Assembly (NCBI GenBank): GCA_963719945.1 | Contig: CAVRDX010000001.1 | Location: forward strand, 608,001 to 672,000 | Length of the DNA stretch: 64,000 bases | DNA from: an uncultured Thermoplasmata archaeon | Lineage (GTDB): Archaea; Thermoplasmatota; Thermoplasmata; UBA10834 | Reading direction: 5' to 3' | In this document: positions 18,975 to 28,723 of the stretch, in pieces | How the letters are laid out: every line of letters begins with the position of its first letter | How positions within the stretch are numbered: the first letter of the stretch is position 1 | The notes under the pieces: model-generated | Told to the model about the DNA's origin: nothing | Database searches by the model: none | What the model saw: the letters and a program-made list of their open reading frames with translations, nothing else | Position numbers and translations under genes: made by a program

Positions 18975-19705
18975 ACCCTTCCCTTTCCCCTCATTTTCCT
19001 TATCTCTGGAAATCTCAACGCTTTGTTTCCAGTGAACACGATGGGAATGAAGCCGCCAAAACCTATTCCCTCGAAGAGGGGGGACATGGTGTCTGACGAT
19101 GACTGTCTGACGACATCGACCCCTCCGGCCAGTATGCTCTGGGCGGGCAAGACTAGGGTGCTCTGCTCCTCGCTATAGAGGAAACAATTATCCTTCACCG
19201 AGGCCCCGGCTGTATCCCTAAGAACGATCGAAGGATGCAAATGCCCGATGATTGTCGGCCGGTCGTCCAACGAACCCTGATGTCCGTGAAGGATACGGAT
19301 ACCGCAAACCTCTAACTCTTTCACAAGAGGAATCGAATGCTCCCGAAGTATCAGCCCGAGATAATTGTCATGATTACCCTTCACCACCTCGACTGACAGA
19401 TTTGAGGAGAGGTCGGACACGAAACTGGACACATCATCCCATTCCTGTTCAAGGTTACGTGAGAAATTGTGTTTGAGATCCCCCACAATGATTATTCTGG
19501 AGACATCCAGATTATCGATGAGTCCAGACAGGTAATTCCGGATATGACGAGTCTGCATCCTTGGGATGCTCATGCCTTCGTATTCAAGCGCCGCTTCACA
19601 GCCCAGGTGTAGGTCTGATATAAGGAGAGCTTTTGCATCTGGCAGCAGCGCTGCTCCTCCTGGGAACAGCCTTATCGAATCGTTAAGTCTAAAACCGCGA
19701 CGCAC
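18971..19705 (-). CDS. Calcineurin-like metallophosphoesterase (archaeal ICC-like)
   Basis: SDLHLG, VGDLKH, KGNHD, HGH, GHLHP. Confidence 0.9.
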   Translation of the reverse strand: MRRGFRLNDSIRLFPGGAALLPDAKALLISDLHLGCEAALEYEGMSIPRMQTRHIRNYLSGLIDNLDVSRIIIVGDLKHNFSRNLEQEWDDVSSFVSDLSSNLSVEVVKGNHDNYLGLILREHSIPLVKELEVCGIRILHGHQGSLDDRPTIIGHLHPSIVLRDTAGASVKDNCFLYSEEQSTLVLPAQSILAGGVDVVRQSSSDTMSPLFEGIGFGGFIPIVFTGNKALRFPEIRKMRGKGRV

Positions 19706-19803
19706 GTCTGAGGACTAGTGCGGACCTTCTTAACAACCTTTGCGACTATTTTTGTGCACCTGGGTAGCTGTTTAAATACGGTCAAAGGCAGTCGCCCGTC
19801 GAT

Positions 19804-20601
19804 ATGCTCGAGAATACTTTCGTTCTCCTCAAAGGCATAGGCGCTTCCAGGGAGACCATGCTATGGAGATCGGGCATCCACACTTGGAAGGATTTTGTAT
19901 CTTCAGAAGAAGTAAAGGGCATCGCCGATGCCCGCAAGGAATCCATGAATCTCACCCTAATGGAGGCACAGGCCAGACTCAGAGAGCGGGATTCACGCTA
20001 TTTCGCATCTAACCTGCCATCGAAAGAGCTGTGGAGATGCTTATCAGATTTCTCAGGCAATGCTATCTATCTAGACATAGAGACCACGGGATTATCCTTG
20101 ATGTCCCCCGTAACTGTCGTCGGCATATACGATGGCAGGAGGATGCACACTCTCATCAAGGGCCAGAACCTGTCGGCCAGCTCGCTCAATGCGATCCTGG
20201 ACTCTGCGGATATGATAGTTACCTTCAACGGCGCGAGCTTTGATCTGCCTGTTCTCAGAGCACAGTTCCCAGGAACCATACCTGATGTGCCCCATGTTGA
20301 TCTCAGGAATGTCCTCCGCAAGCTCGGCCTGAAGGGCGGACTCAAAGCGATAGAGAGGCAGCTTGGAATAGATAGAGATCAGAGAGTCGAGTACATGACC
20401 GGGTCGGAAGCGGTGTATCTCTGGCGACTTTGGGAGAGACAGGGGAAGAGGAACGCTCTGGACCTATTGATCGAATACAACTCCGCTGACTGCGTGAACC
20501 TGAAATCGTTATCCGAATATGCTTATGGCAAACTCAGACATGCCACATTCGAACGCATCGCTTTGATGAATGACCGATTATCGGATGAAGCTTTGAGGTA
20601 G
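19804..20601 (+). CDS. YprB-like RNase H-fold (DEDD) exonuclease
   Basis: YLDIETTGL, VTFNGASFDLP, GGLKAIE, EYNSAD. Confidence 0.88.
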   Translation: MLENTFVLLKGIGASRETMLWRSGIHTWKDFVSSEEVKGIADARKESMNLTLMEAQARLRERDSRYFASNLPSKELWRCLSDFSGNAIYLDIETTGLSLMSPVTVVGIYDGRRMHTLIKGQNLSASSLNAILDSADMIVTFNGASFDLPVLRAQFPGTIPDVPHVDLRNVLRKLGLKGGLKAIERQLGIDRDQRVEYMTGSEAVYLWRLWERQGKRNALDLLIEYNSADCVNLKSLSEYAYGKLRHATFERIALMNDRLSDEALR

Positions 20602-20606
20602 ATTGA

Positions 20607-20753
20607 ATGGATGGGCTTCTAGGACTTATCTTGGCAATCCTCGTGTTCGTGATAATAATACTACTCGTGAATCGTTCGATCAAGACTATAATACTGCTTG
20701 GAGTATGCATAGGCGTATTCCTGGTACTGGCATACATGGGGGTCCTGGGTTGA
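20607..20753 (+). CDS. 48-aa two-TM membrane micropeptide (not in ORF track)
   Basis: SD GAGGT; MDGLLGLILAILVFVIIILLVNRSIKTIILLGVCIGVFLVLAYMGVLG; stop 2 nt before the RecJ ATG. Confidence 0.75.
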   Translation: MDGLLGLILAILVFVIIILLVNRSIKTIILLGVCIGVFLVLAYMGVLG

Positions 20754-20755
20754 CG

Positions 20756-22237
20756 ATGGACGCTGCTGATGAATTCATAGAGACAGTTCACATGGATCTA
20801 TGGCGTTCTGCTGAGGAAGCGGCAAGGGCAATCAGATCTAGCACAGATATTATCGTCGCCACGCACATAGACGCGGATGGCATATCCGCTGGTGCAATCG
20901 CAAGCGGCGCTCTCAGGCGACTCAATAGAAAGCATAAGGTCCTCTTCTTCAAGAAGCTCGACGAGGAAGCCATCGATTCCATCAGGGCGGAGGAGCCTGA
21001 CCTTGTATGGTACACTGATCTCGGAAGCGGGTCTATATCCAAGCTGGGAGACATTCTCGCAGTCGTATCGGACCATCATGTGCCTGAACCAGGACACGAG
21101 ACGAGCTCCAAGAACGGCCAGGCCAGACTCTTCGATTTCCCCAGTGTGATACAGGTCAACCCTCAATTGCACGGCATATCTGGAGCAAACGAGCTGAGTG
21201 GGGCGGGAGCCACATTCCTTGTGGCTCTGGCGCTAGACAAGGACAACATAGACCTTGCGCACCTCGCGGTGTTGGGCAGTGTCGGAGACCTGCAGGACCA
21301 GAAGAGCAGGAGATTGATCGGCCTCAATAGATCCATAATATCAGCCGCAATCTCCGCAGGAAGGCTCGATGCCTTCGAGGATCTGCGCCTCTTTGGAAGA
21401 GAGACGAGACCGGTATACAAGATGTTGGAATACGCCTCCGACCCATTCCTTCCAGGAATAACCGGGAACGAGCAGGGAGCAATTGGATTCATTCTGGAAC
21501 ACGACATCGAACCGAAGGAAGGAGATATTTGGAAGTCCTGGTCTATGCTGACTCCGGCCGAGAGGGATGAACTCATATCAGGACTTCGAGAACATCTGCG
21601 TCTCAAGGGGCGCAAGATGGAGACCATACTGAGATTGACTGGTGAAGTCTATGTCCTAAAGAAGGAAGCCAGCGGGTCCCCGGTCAGGGACGCAAAGGAA
21701 TTCGCGACCCTTCTGAACGCGTGCGGACGGCACGGGAGCGCGGAGACTGGGCTTGAGATCTGCCTTGGAGACCGAGGTGAGGTGCTGGCGCGGGGGTTGG
21801 CGCTACTCAGAGACCACCGATCCGCACTGAGCCAGGCGATAGAATACGCGAAAAGCATTGGAATAGTCAGGTTGAGGAACATACAGTACTTCGATGCGGG
21901 AGACGAGATAGAGGAGACCATCGTCGGAACCGTGGCGGGCATGCTATTGGGTGACGCTGGTTCTGACAGGAGCGCACCGATGGTCGCATTCGCTGATTCC
22001 CTGGACTCCTCCGACGAGATAAAGACCAAGGCTTCCGCAAGAGGAACTCAGGATTTGGTGGCAAGAGGCATGGACCTCTCGGTAGCTATCAGGGCAGCAG
22101 CAGAAAAAGTAGGTGGCGTTGGAGGCGGGCACAATATCGCTGCTGGCGCAACGATCCCGGCCTCCAGGAAAGAGGATTTCTTGAAGGAACTGGACACCAT
22201 CGTAGAGGTGCAGCTCACTTCGAAAGCGCGGCCATGA
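20756..22237 (+). CDS. Archaeal RecJ/GAN-like DHH-DHHA1 nuclease
   Basis: HIDADG, TDLGSG, SDHH, FATLLNACGR, GGGHNIAAG; start corrected from 20603. Confidence 0.9.
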   Translation: MDAADEFIETVHMDLWRSAEEAARAIRSSTDIIVATHIDADGISAGAIASGALRRLNRKHKVLFFKKLDEEAIDSIRAEEPDLVWYTDLGSGSISKLGDILAVVSDHHVPEPGHETSSKNGQARLFDFPSVIQVNPQLHGISGANELSGAGATFLVALALDKDNIDLAHLAVLGSVGDLQDQKSRRLIGLNRSIISAAISAGRLDAFEDLRLFGRETRPVYKMLEYASDPFLPGITGNEQGAIGFILEHDIEPKEGDIWKSWSMLTPAERDELISGLREHLRLKGRKMETILRLTGEVYVLKKEASGSPVRDAKEFATLLNACGRHGSAETGLEICLGDRGEVLARGLALLRDHRSALSQAIEYAKSIGIVRLRNIQYFDAGDEIEETIVGTVAGMLLGDAGSDRSAPMVAFADSLDSSDEIKTKASARGTQDLVARGMDLSVAIRAAAEKVGGVGGGHNIAAGATIPASRKEDFLKELDTIVEVQLTSKARP

Positions 22238-23135
22238 GGACTGCTTTCTGCGCATGCATCCTGTTCTCTGCCTGATCGAACACGACACTGTGTGGTCCGT
22301 CGATTATCTCGGCAGACATCTCGTATCCACGGTGTGCAGGTAGGCAGTGCATGAATATCCAGTCCTTGTTGGCCTTCTCAGCTAGCTTCTCGTTCACCTG
22401 ATACGGCAGGAATATCTTCTCACGAGCAGCCTTCTCCGCTTCCTGGCCCATTGATATCCAGGTGTCAGTGTAGATCACGTCTGCACCTTCGGCTCCCTGG
22501 AACGGATTCGACATCAGTTCGATCTTGCAGCCGGTCCCGCTTGCGATTCCTTCGGCCTTTGAGACAATATCTGCGTTGGGCCGGTAGTCTTTGGGGGTTA
22601 CTGCTCGCATGTTCATGCCCAACAGGGCAGATCCCAATAGCAGCGAGTTGCACACATTGTTGCCGTCTCCGATGTATACCAGTTGAAGGCCCTTGAAGTT
22701 CTTCTTCTTCTCCAATATCGTCAGCATATCAGCCGCGCACTGGCAGGGATGCTCCAAGTCGTCCAGGCCGTTTATCACCGGGACCTGGGCGTGCTCCGCG
22801 AGCTCACGCATTATCTTGTTGCTGAACGCCCTGTACATTATGACATCGACATATCTGCTGAGAACGTTCGCCACATCAGAGACAGTCTCGCGCTTGCCGA
22901 TCCCGACTTCGTCGGGGCCTATGTACATCGACTGTCCACCCAGCTGGGACATTCCAACCTCGAAGGAGACTCGCGTCCTGAGACTTGGTTTCTCAAAGAC
23001 CATGCCTAGCATCTTGCCCTTGAGCGGGTCCTTCTTCTGACCTTTCTTTGGTCCGGATTTCATGTTGAGTGCGTTCTCGAGAATCTTCTCGAAATCGTCT
23101 TTCATGTCGAGAACAGAGATGATGTCTCGCTTCAA
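22215..23135 (-). CDS. argF: Ornithine carbamoyltransferase
   Basis: FEKPSLRTRVSF, HPCQ, GDGNNV, DTWISMG, HCLPAHRG, QAENRMH. Confidence 0.95.
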   Translation of the reverse strand: MKRDIISVLDMKDDFEKILENALNMKSGPKKGQKKDPLKGKMLGMVFEKPSLRTRVSFEVGMSQLGGQSMYIGPDEVGIGKRETVSDVANVLSRYVDVIMYRAFSNKIMRELAEHAQVPVINGLDDLEHPCQCAADMLTILEKKKNFKGLQLVYIGDGNNVCNSLLLGSALLGMNMRAVTPKDYRPNADIVSKAEGIASGTGCKIELMSNPFQGAEGADVIYTDTWISMGQEAEKAAREKIFLPYQVNEKLAEKANKDWIFMHCLPAHRGYEMSAEIIDGPHSVVFDQAENRMHAQKAVLMAALSK

Positions 23136-23225
23136 TACAATCACCGCCCTCCGCAAGTGCCAACAACACCTTAAGTCTTTTGAATGTTCAAAATTGGACT
23201 TCGGTGAAAACCGTCGAGATGCTAA

Positions 23226-23357
23226 TCAGTTACCGCATCTGGATAGACCGCAGAGCAGGCAGGATACGCAGCCAGATAGATTCACTAATATCCCCCCGCA
23301 TTCGGGGCAACACTGAGGTTCATGGACGCGCTGGAAGCGAGTGTCCGATGGATCCAA
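23226..23357 (-). CDS. 43-aa Cys-rich Zn-finger microprotein resembling the NrdJ C-terminal finger (not in ORF track)
   Basis: SD GGAGAGGGAG plus TTG (alternative ATG at 23378); MDPSDTRFQRVHEPQCCPECGGILVNLSGCVSCLLCGLSRCGN. Confidence 0.75.
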   Translation of the reverse strand: MDPSDTRFQRVHEPQCCPECGGILVNLSGCVSCLLCGLSRCGN

Positions 23358-23518
23358 TGTGAATAACTCCCTCTCCATGCATCCAAGAACACATCTAGGG
23401 GAGATACCATTTGGTCCAGGGGTAACGCGAAAGTACTAGGCATCAACTCAAATGAAGAACTGGCCCAGACACCACTGTGACAAGCTTTATGTATGGAAAT
23501 ATCATGGAGGCGAAATAT

Positions 23519-23593
23519 GGCCGGGGTGGGGTAGTGGTATCCTTGGGGACTGTGGATCCCTTGACCCGGGTTCAATTCCCGGTCCCGGCCCCA
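23519..23593 (+). tRNA. tRNA-His (GUG), G-1 and CCA genome-encoded, no intron
   Basis: Acceptor GCCGGGG/TCCCGGC, anticodon loop CT-GTG-GA, T loop TTCAATT, discriminator C then CCA; TTTATGTA promoter box at 23486. Confidence 0.96.
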
Positions 23594-23606
23594 CTAATCT
23601 CGACCA

Positions 23607-23972
23607 TTATCCTTCGGTGAATTTCGCCCCGCAGTTAGGACACTCATTGTCGCCCTCAGATACAGGTTTTCCACAAGCAGGGCATTCGTATTCCGTGAGG
23701 TCAGGTCCCTGGGCCTGCGAGACATCATTCTCAGGGCCATCAAGAACGACAGAAGAATTCTCGTCTACCGACTCCGCGAACACAGAGAATTCGGTCCCAC
23801 ATGCTCCGCATCTCGTGCTGTTCAAAGACACCAATTCTCCGCAGAAGGGACATTCGAAACGGATATTCTCGAAGGATGCGCCGCATCTAGGACAGCTCTT
23901 CTCTATCCCAGAAACCGTCTTTCCGCATGAAACACATGCCAAAATGAACACGGGCGCGGGGGATTCGGTCAT
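23607..23972 (-). CDS. Acidic protein with three zinc ribbons
   Basis: CVSC/CPRC, CPFC/CGAC, CPAC/CPNC. Confidence 0.85.
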   Translation of the reverse strand: MTESPAPVFILACVSCGKTVSGIEKSCPRCGASFENIRFECPFCGELVSLNSTRCGACGTEFSVFAESVDENSSVVLDGPENDVSQAQGPDLTEYECPACGKPVSEGDNECPNCGAKFTEG

Positions 23973-24049
23973 CTATACATCATTAAACTGCAGATATATA
24001 ATCCGTTGCCAGACGACCTGTTTTTTGACCAAGAGAAGGACCGATAGAT

Positions 24050-24889
24050 TCATCTTCTCTTCGATTTAGTCGATTTCTTCTTTGTCGGCTTCTTGGAGGC
24101 CTTCTTTGGAGTGACTTTCTTCTTCGAGGGCTTCTTCGGTGATGATTTCACCAGTTTCTTTGAGGACTTCTTCGTCGCCGATTTCTTCGCGGTCTTCTTC
24201 AAAGCAGGTCTCTTCTTCGGCTTCGCACGCTTGGACACGGGTTTCTTGGCAGGTTTGACGATTTTTCGTATCTTCTTGGTAGTCCTCACCCGAGGTCTGG
24301 ATCTTGCAGGCACAATAGCAGGCGGCGGTTCTTTTGCGAACACTGCATCCGGTACGGATCGCGTTTCATCGATAGCTGGTGGCTCCTCAAATGACTCTTC
24401 TTCAAGCATGGGCGCCATTTCGGGGAGCTCCTCGAAGACCGCCTGACAGCTTGAGCATGATTTTGCAGATATGGATATCTTCTCACCACATACTGGACAA
24501 TCCACCTTTGCTTCCTCTAATGGCAGATCGCATCTTGGACATTTGTCCTCATCCCCTCGGATCATAAGGCCACAGCCTGGGCACGCAACTCGACGGATCG
24601 TCGACTTCAGCTGCTCGAGCTCAGTATTGATGATAGTGTCAACGAACGAATCCATGTCGAATCCTGAGCTGGTCCTCAACACACTCTCCGAGAATTCGGT
24701 CAGGTCGATCCCGCAAGCGGAACACTGGGTAGCATTGCGCCAGATCAAACCAGAACAGAAAGGGCATTCGAAGAGGGTCCCAGGTCCAAATTTGAGTCCG
24801 CATCGCGGACACTCACCGTCCCTGGATCTGACGATCCTTCCGCATTTGAAACAGCTCAGAAAGATGTCCTTTGTCTCCTCGGCCATCAT
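24050..24889 (-). CDS. Four-zinc-ribbon protein with long Lys-rich H1-like tail
   Basis: CFKC/CPRC, CPFC/CSAC, CPGC/CPRC, CPVC/CSSC; C-terminal KKPAKK/KKSATKK-type low-complexity tail. Confidence 0.85.
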   Translation of the reverse strand: MMAEETKDIFLSCFKCGRIVRSRDGECPRCGLKFGPGTLFECPFCSGLIWRNATQCSACGIDLTEFSESVLRTSSGFDMDSFVDTIINTELEQLKSTIRRVACPGCGLMIRGDEDKCPRCDLPLEEAKVDCPVCGEKISISAKSCSSCQAVFEELPEMAPMLEEESFEEPPAIDETRSVPDAVFAKEPPPAIVPARSRPRVRTTKKIRKIVKPAKKPVSKRAKPKKRPALKKTAKKSATKKSSKKLVKSSPKKPSKKKVTPKKASKKPTKKKSTKSKRR

Positions 24890-24956
24890 TAACACGAGAT
24901 AGCATCTCCGTTATTTAAATCATTGAATACAGCGCAAATGAGATTATGATGATAAT

Positions 24957-27900
24957 CTACGATTTATTCTTTGGCTTTCTGGAACGATGACGATATCCTA
25001 CGATGAACACCATCATCATGAAGAACACCGGAATAACGACTTCCGAGAATTCCGGTATCATGTTCTCATATATGACCTCATAAGTGCCGGAAGTATCCTG
25101 TGTCCATTGACAGCAGATGTACGATTCTCCAGGGGCACTGTATATGGAGGTCAGATGATATTTCAGATACGAATTCTGCGAGATCGTCACAAAGGTCCAT
25201 GTGCCACTGACATTCTTCTTGATCTGAACCTGGTTCGTGGTGTTTTCCAACCACATTGCGTACACGTTGCCCGTACTCGAATCTAGAGATATCGTTGGGG
25301 ATCTGTGGGCATAGGTGCCCGTCACGTTCAGTGTTATTGGCGTTGACCAAGCAGTCCCACGGTTATACGCATATTGAATCTTGGCTTTCCAGGAGCCGCT
25401 GTATGTATCCCCGGTCCCGTAAACCACATGGAGCACACCATTCGCATCTATGAGTCCAGAAGGCGCAGCCAGATTGGTATTTGCCTGGCTCGCGCCTGCA
25501 GCATAGATGGTCGCTTTATCGACAGTCTTCCACGAAGATCCGTCATGATACACACTCTCGACATTGCCCTCGTACGTGTATATGGACCACATCAAAACAC
25601 CGGATCCGGACTTGCCGGGGAGGAGTATCCCTTTAGGATCGCCAGGCACTTGAGTGTCCAACAGATTTCCTCTGTCAGTCCAGGCACCCTCGACGTTATC
25701 ACCAGAGGAAGTCGAAGAACACCGAATCTTGAATTTGTCGCCTCCACCACCAGAAGTTGTGTAAGATGTGGATAAGACCCATACAGATCCAGTGTTATCT
25801 TTTGTAATGTAGGTATTCTTGTTTGCACGAGCGATTGTGGATATCAAAATCGATGCCTCATTACCCCAGGCTATAGAATGACCAGAGGGGTTGACCGTTC
25901 CTTTTCGAACATAGACACTCAGTGATGCCACGGCATTATCGCCAGAAACATAGATACTCTGAGTAGCTCCATCGTACCAAAGGCTCGTCTCACTCACACC
26001 ATTCGTCGAACTGAACACCCGTCCAAGGTTCGTCCATGTATGGCCGCCATCACTGCTATACTCGTATGTAGTGTGCGTTCCATTCCAGTACAGGCTCCAG
26101 AAATTAGTGCCGTCGTAGAACAGTTTGCGTTGATATGACATTGCGCTTGCAGATGAACCAATCGAGGACTGAACGACCCAGCTCTTTGTACCTGCAGAGA
26201 GTGCAATGCCTCCGGTCAATGCCAGCATCGTATCGGAATCTAGACCCACTATGTCCTGTCGATTGTTCCAATCGGTTGTCTCGATGATGAAATCTAGGCC
26301 TTCGCCCCCATTAATCACAGACGCGAGCACTCCGATCTCGATCCGCTGAGAATCCAATGCTGCATTCACAGTCGCACTGACAGTCGACCAGCTGTTCGAC
26401 ATGTAGCGATAGACCGACTTGGAGTTGATCTCACCAAAGAGTCCTCGGACCTCGATCATATAATCGGCTCCGATTATCTTGGATTCGACAGACATGAGGT
26501 ATCCAGTGGAAGTTGACAGGTCGCTATCGATGTATATCCGGAGTATATCCTCAGCCGTCCGTCTTTCGTTGGATGGGATGACCGAGCCACCTCCGGAGAC
26601 AGGTTTCCCACGTAGCGCTGGTACGTACGCACCCGCGCACATCTCACCATCGACTTTGATATAGAATGATGAGGAAGATGTAGTGTTGAAAACTCCGACA
26701 GAGGTCACATCGATATTTGGGTTGACTATCGGGATAGTGTCCACATCAGAGGCAGTCCTTGTAGACCAATCTCCGAACGCACCATCGATGTATACAACCG
26801 ATGGCGCAGACCCGATGTATGCTCTTGCAGCATACCCGTTCACTATCACCCTGGAAAACGAGCTCGATATGGAATCGTCCGTGACCATAGCAGAAACGAA
26901 CTGACCATCTGACAATGCTGTCGTGTCCACATATATCTGCTCCTCATGGATGTCGCCAGGAGACAGAGAGAACGACGCGATCGATGTTAACGGTGCTGAG
27001 ACACCAGTGTATACTGGTGTCACCTGCTCTACGACACCATCTGCACCCTCGCATTCGAATATGAGCGTCAACAGAGCAGCCGAAGATGACTGAGGCAGTA
27101 CGCCCGATAGCGAAACTGAAGATGACAATTCCTGAGTGACGATGAGAACGCCTCCGGTGAGAGGCACTTGATTGCTTACTGCACACCTCTCGAGCTGATC
27201 CTGCGAATAGAGCACGAAAGAAGCGCCAGAAGAAACCGCAACCTGAAGATCGACTCCCGCCTCCAACTCATTACCGCTAAGCCGGTGTGAAATCGAACCT
27301 TGCGATACCCAAGCACTCCAATCGAGATGGTCGCCGCTCAGGTCGTAATGGGACAGGGAGGACGATTGGATGCTGTCGTTCCAGCCATCGACTTCGAGGA
27401 AGTAATCCGCACCGATCCCTTCAATCGAATATCCAGTATCGATGTTCCCATCAGAATCCACGAACAGGAATATGCTTTCGACAGCTGTCGTCGACATGAT
27501 GTCATTCGAGGCGGAGACATAGAAGTAGACGCGCGTGCCATCAATCCCTACGGACCAATCATCGATAGAAGTCAGTGGAGTGGATGTGAGTATGGAGACG
27601 GAGTACAAGTCCGAATCGTCCCAGTCCCCGAAATCACCATCGATTGCGTAAGGTCCGGAGTCCTTGGCGTAGGAGATGTAGATGAATGTTGGGATAATGA
27701 TCACGAGGGCGATGAGTACAGCGAGGAACTGCCATCTCGCTATGCCTCTCGGACTTCTTCGGGATGGCATAGGTGGACGCATATCACTCTTATTTCCGTT
27801 GATCATCCCTGTTCCGTTCACGAGCCCCGTCCCGTTTATCATACCGGTCCCATTGACCAAGCCAGTACCATTGATGGCGCCCCTGCCATTCGTCAGCCCT

Positions 27901-28451
27901 CTGCCACCGGATACCGGTTCGGAAGGTATGGCTGTGACTGCTCCGGTTGTGATTTCTGCAACAACAGGCTCGGGCTGGTCCGTGGATATGACGGAGGGCT
28001 CGTCTGGAGGAGTAACAGCTATCTCCTCTTCGATTTGGGGGGCTTCTGCGGATTCCTCCCTGGAATCTTCGAACCCGATCCCGCAGTTTGAGCACGATGC
28101 AGCCCCGACAACCATCTGAGTGCCGCATTCCGGGCACTCGATCATATCCTGTTCAATGCCAAGAGGCACCCCACATCGTGGGCACTTGGCCTCAGTGCCA
28201 ATAAGATCCATTCCACATCCGGGACAAGACACCTTGACCTCAGGAATTGGCGCATTCGGCACCTCAGGAGTTATGAGTTCTTCCTTCTGAGCATTCTTGA
28301 CCCGCCGCATCACTCTTCGCTCGATGACACGCTCCAGCTCACGTTTGACCATTATCGTCTCGATCTGCGTGGAACAGAAAGGGCATTTGTCCGCATCAGA
28401 AGGCACTCTCTTACCGCACAGTGGACAATGTATCTCCTGTTCTTCGGCCAA
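24957..28451 (-). CDS. 1164-aa membrane/surface protein: three N-terminal Zn ribbons, GxxNG repeats, TM, large extracellular region, PEF-CTERM-like tail
   Basis: CPLC/CPFC, CPGC/CPRC, CPEC/CSNC; TM LAVLIALVIIIPTFIYI; duplicated IDGxFGDW; Asp-box SSDGGHTW; IPEF-TM-RHRSRK end. Confidence 0.85.
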   Translation of the reverse strand: MAEEQEIHCPLCGKRVPSDADKCPFCSTQIETIMVKRELERVIERRVMRRVKNAQKEELITPEVPNAPIPEVKVSCPGCGMDLIGTEAKCPRCGVPLGIEQDMIECPECGTQMVVGAASCSNCGIGFEDSREESAEAPQIEEEIAVTPPDEPSVISTDQPEPVVAEITTGAVTAIPSEPVSGGRGLTNGRGAINGTGLVNGTGMINGTGLVNGTGMINGNKSDMRPPMPSRRSPRGIARWQFLAVLIALVIIIPTFIYISYAKDSGPYAIDGDFGDWDDSDLYSVSILTSTPLTSIDDWSVGIDGTRVYFYVSASNDIMSTTAVESIFLFVDSDGNIDTGYSIEGIGADYFLEVDGWNDSIQSSSLSHYDLSGDHLDWSAWVSQGSISHRLSGNELEAGVDLQVAVSSGASFVLYSQDQLERCAVSNQVPLTGGVLIVTQELSSSVSLSGVLPQSSSAALLTLIFECEGADGVVEQVTPVYTGVSAPLTSIASFSLSPGDIHEEQIYVDTTALSDGQFVSAMVTDDSISSSFSRVIVNGYAARAYIGSAPSVVYIDGAFGDWSTRTASDVDTIPIVNPNIDVTSVGVFNTTSSSSFYIKVDGEMCAGAYVPALRGKPVSGGGSVIPSNERRTAEDILRIYIDSDLSTSTGYLMSVESKIIGADYMIEVRGLFGEINSKSVYRYMSNSWSTVSATVNAALDSQRIEIGVLASVINGGEGLDFIIETTDWNNRQDIVGLDSDTMLALTGGIALSAGTKSWVVQSSIGSSASAMSYQRKLFYDGTNFWSLYWNGTHTTYEYSSDGGHTWTNLGRVFSSTNGVSETSLWYDGATQSIYVSGDNAVASLSVYVRKGTVNPSGHSIAWGNEASILISTIARANKNTYITKDNTGSVWVLSTSYTTSGGGGDKFKIRCSSTSSGDNVEGAWTDRGNLLDTQVPGDPKGILLPGKSGSGVLMWSIYTYEGNVESVYHDGSSWKTVDKATIYAAGASQANTNLAAPSGLIDANGVLHVVYGTGDTYSGSWKAKIQYAYNRGTAWSTPITLNVTGTYAHRSPTISLDSSTGNVYAMWLENTTNQVQIKKNVSGTWTFVTISQNSYLKYHLTSIYSAPGESYICCQWTQDTSGTYEVIYENMIPEFSEVVIPVFFMMMVFIVGYRHRSRKPKNKS
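27795..27899 (-). repeat. Six tandem 18-bp coding repeats (G-hydrophobic-x-N-G-T/R)
   Basis: GLTNGR GAINGT GLVNGT GMINGT GLVNGT GMING with divergent synonymous codons. Confidence 0.9.
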
Positions 28452-28723
28452 TCCCCAACACCTCGTTCAATGGTAATCTTCAAAGTACCCCCCTCGCGCG
28501 GGGGTCCGCACATGCCAGTCTTAACTGAGATTAACGCAGCTGTAAGTGCAGTCCAGCATATATATAGCAATCGTCTGATACACGTTCCAGTACTCCAAAA
28601 TTCAGCGGAAAAATATAGATGCTTGTTACGAGAAACGTGACAAACGATGCACAATCGATAAGCAAACGGCAGCTCGCAACGTTAATATATGCCGGTCCTT
28701 GTGAAAGACCAAGGTGAATCTGA

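Noticed and set aside
23200-23400. Hairpins suggesting an ncRNA between argF and tRNA-His
   Set aside because: Better explained by the minus-strand Zn-finger micro-ORF; no RNase P, SRP or riboswitch consensus found
23519-28451. Integrated element or genomic island at tRNA-His
   Set aside because: No integrase, no duplicated tRNA 3' end and no obvious compositional shift seen
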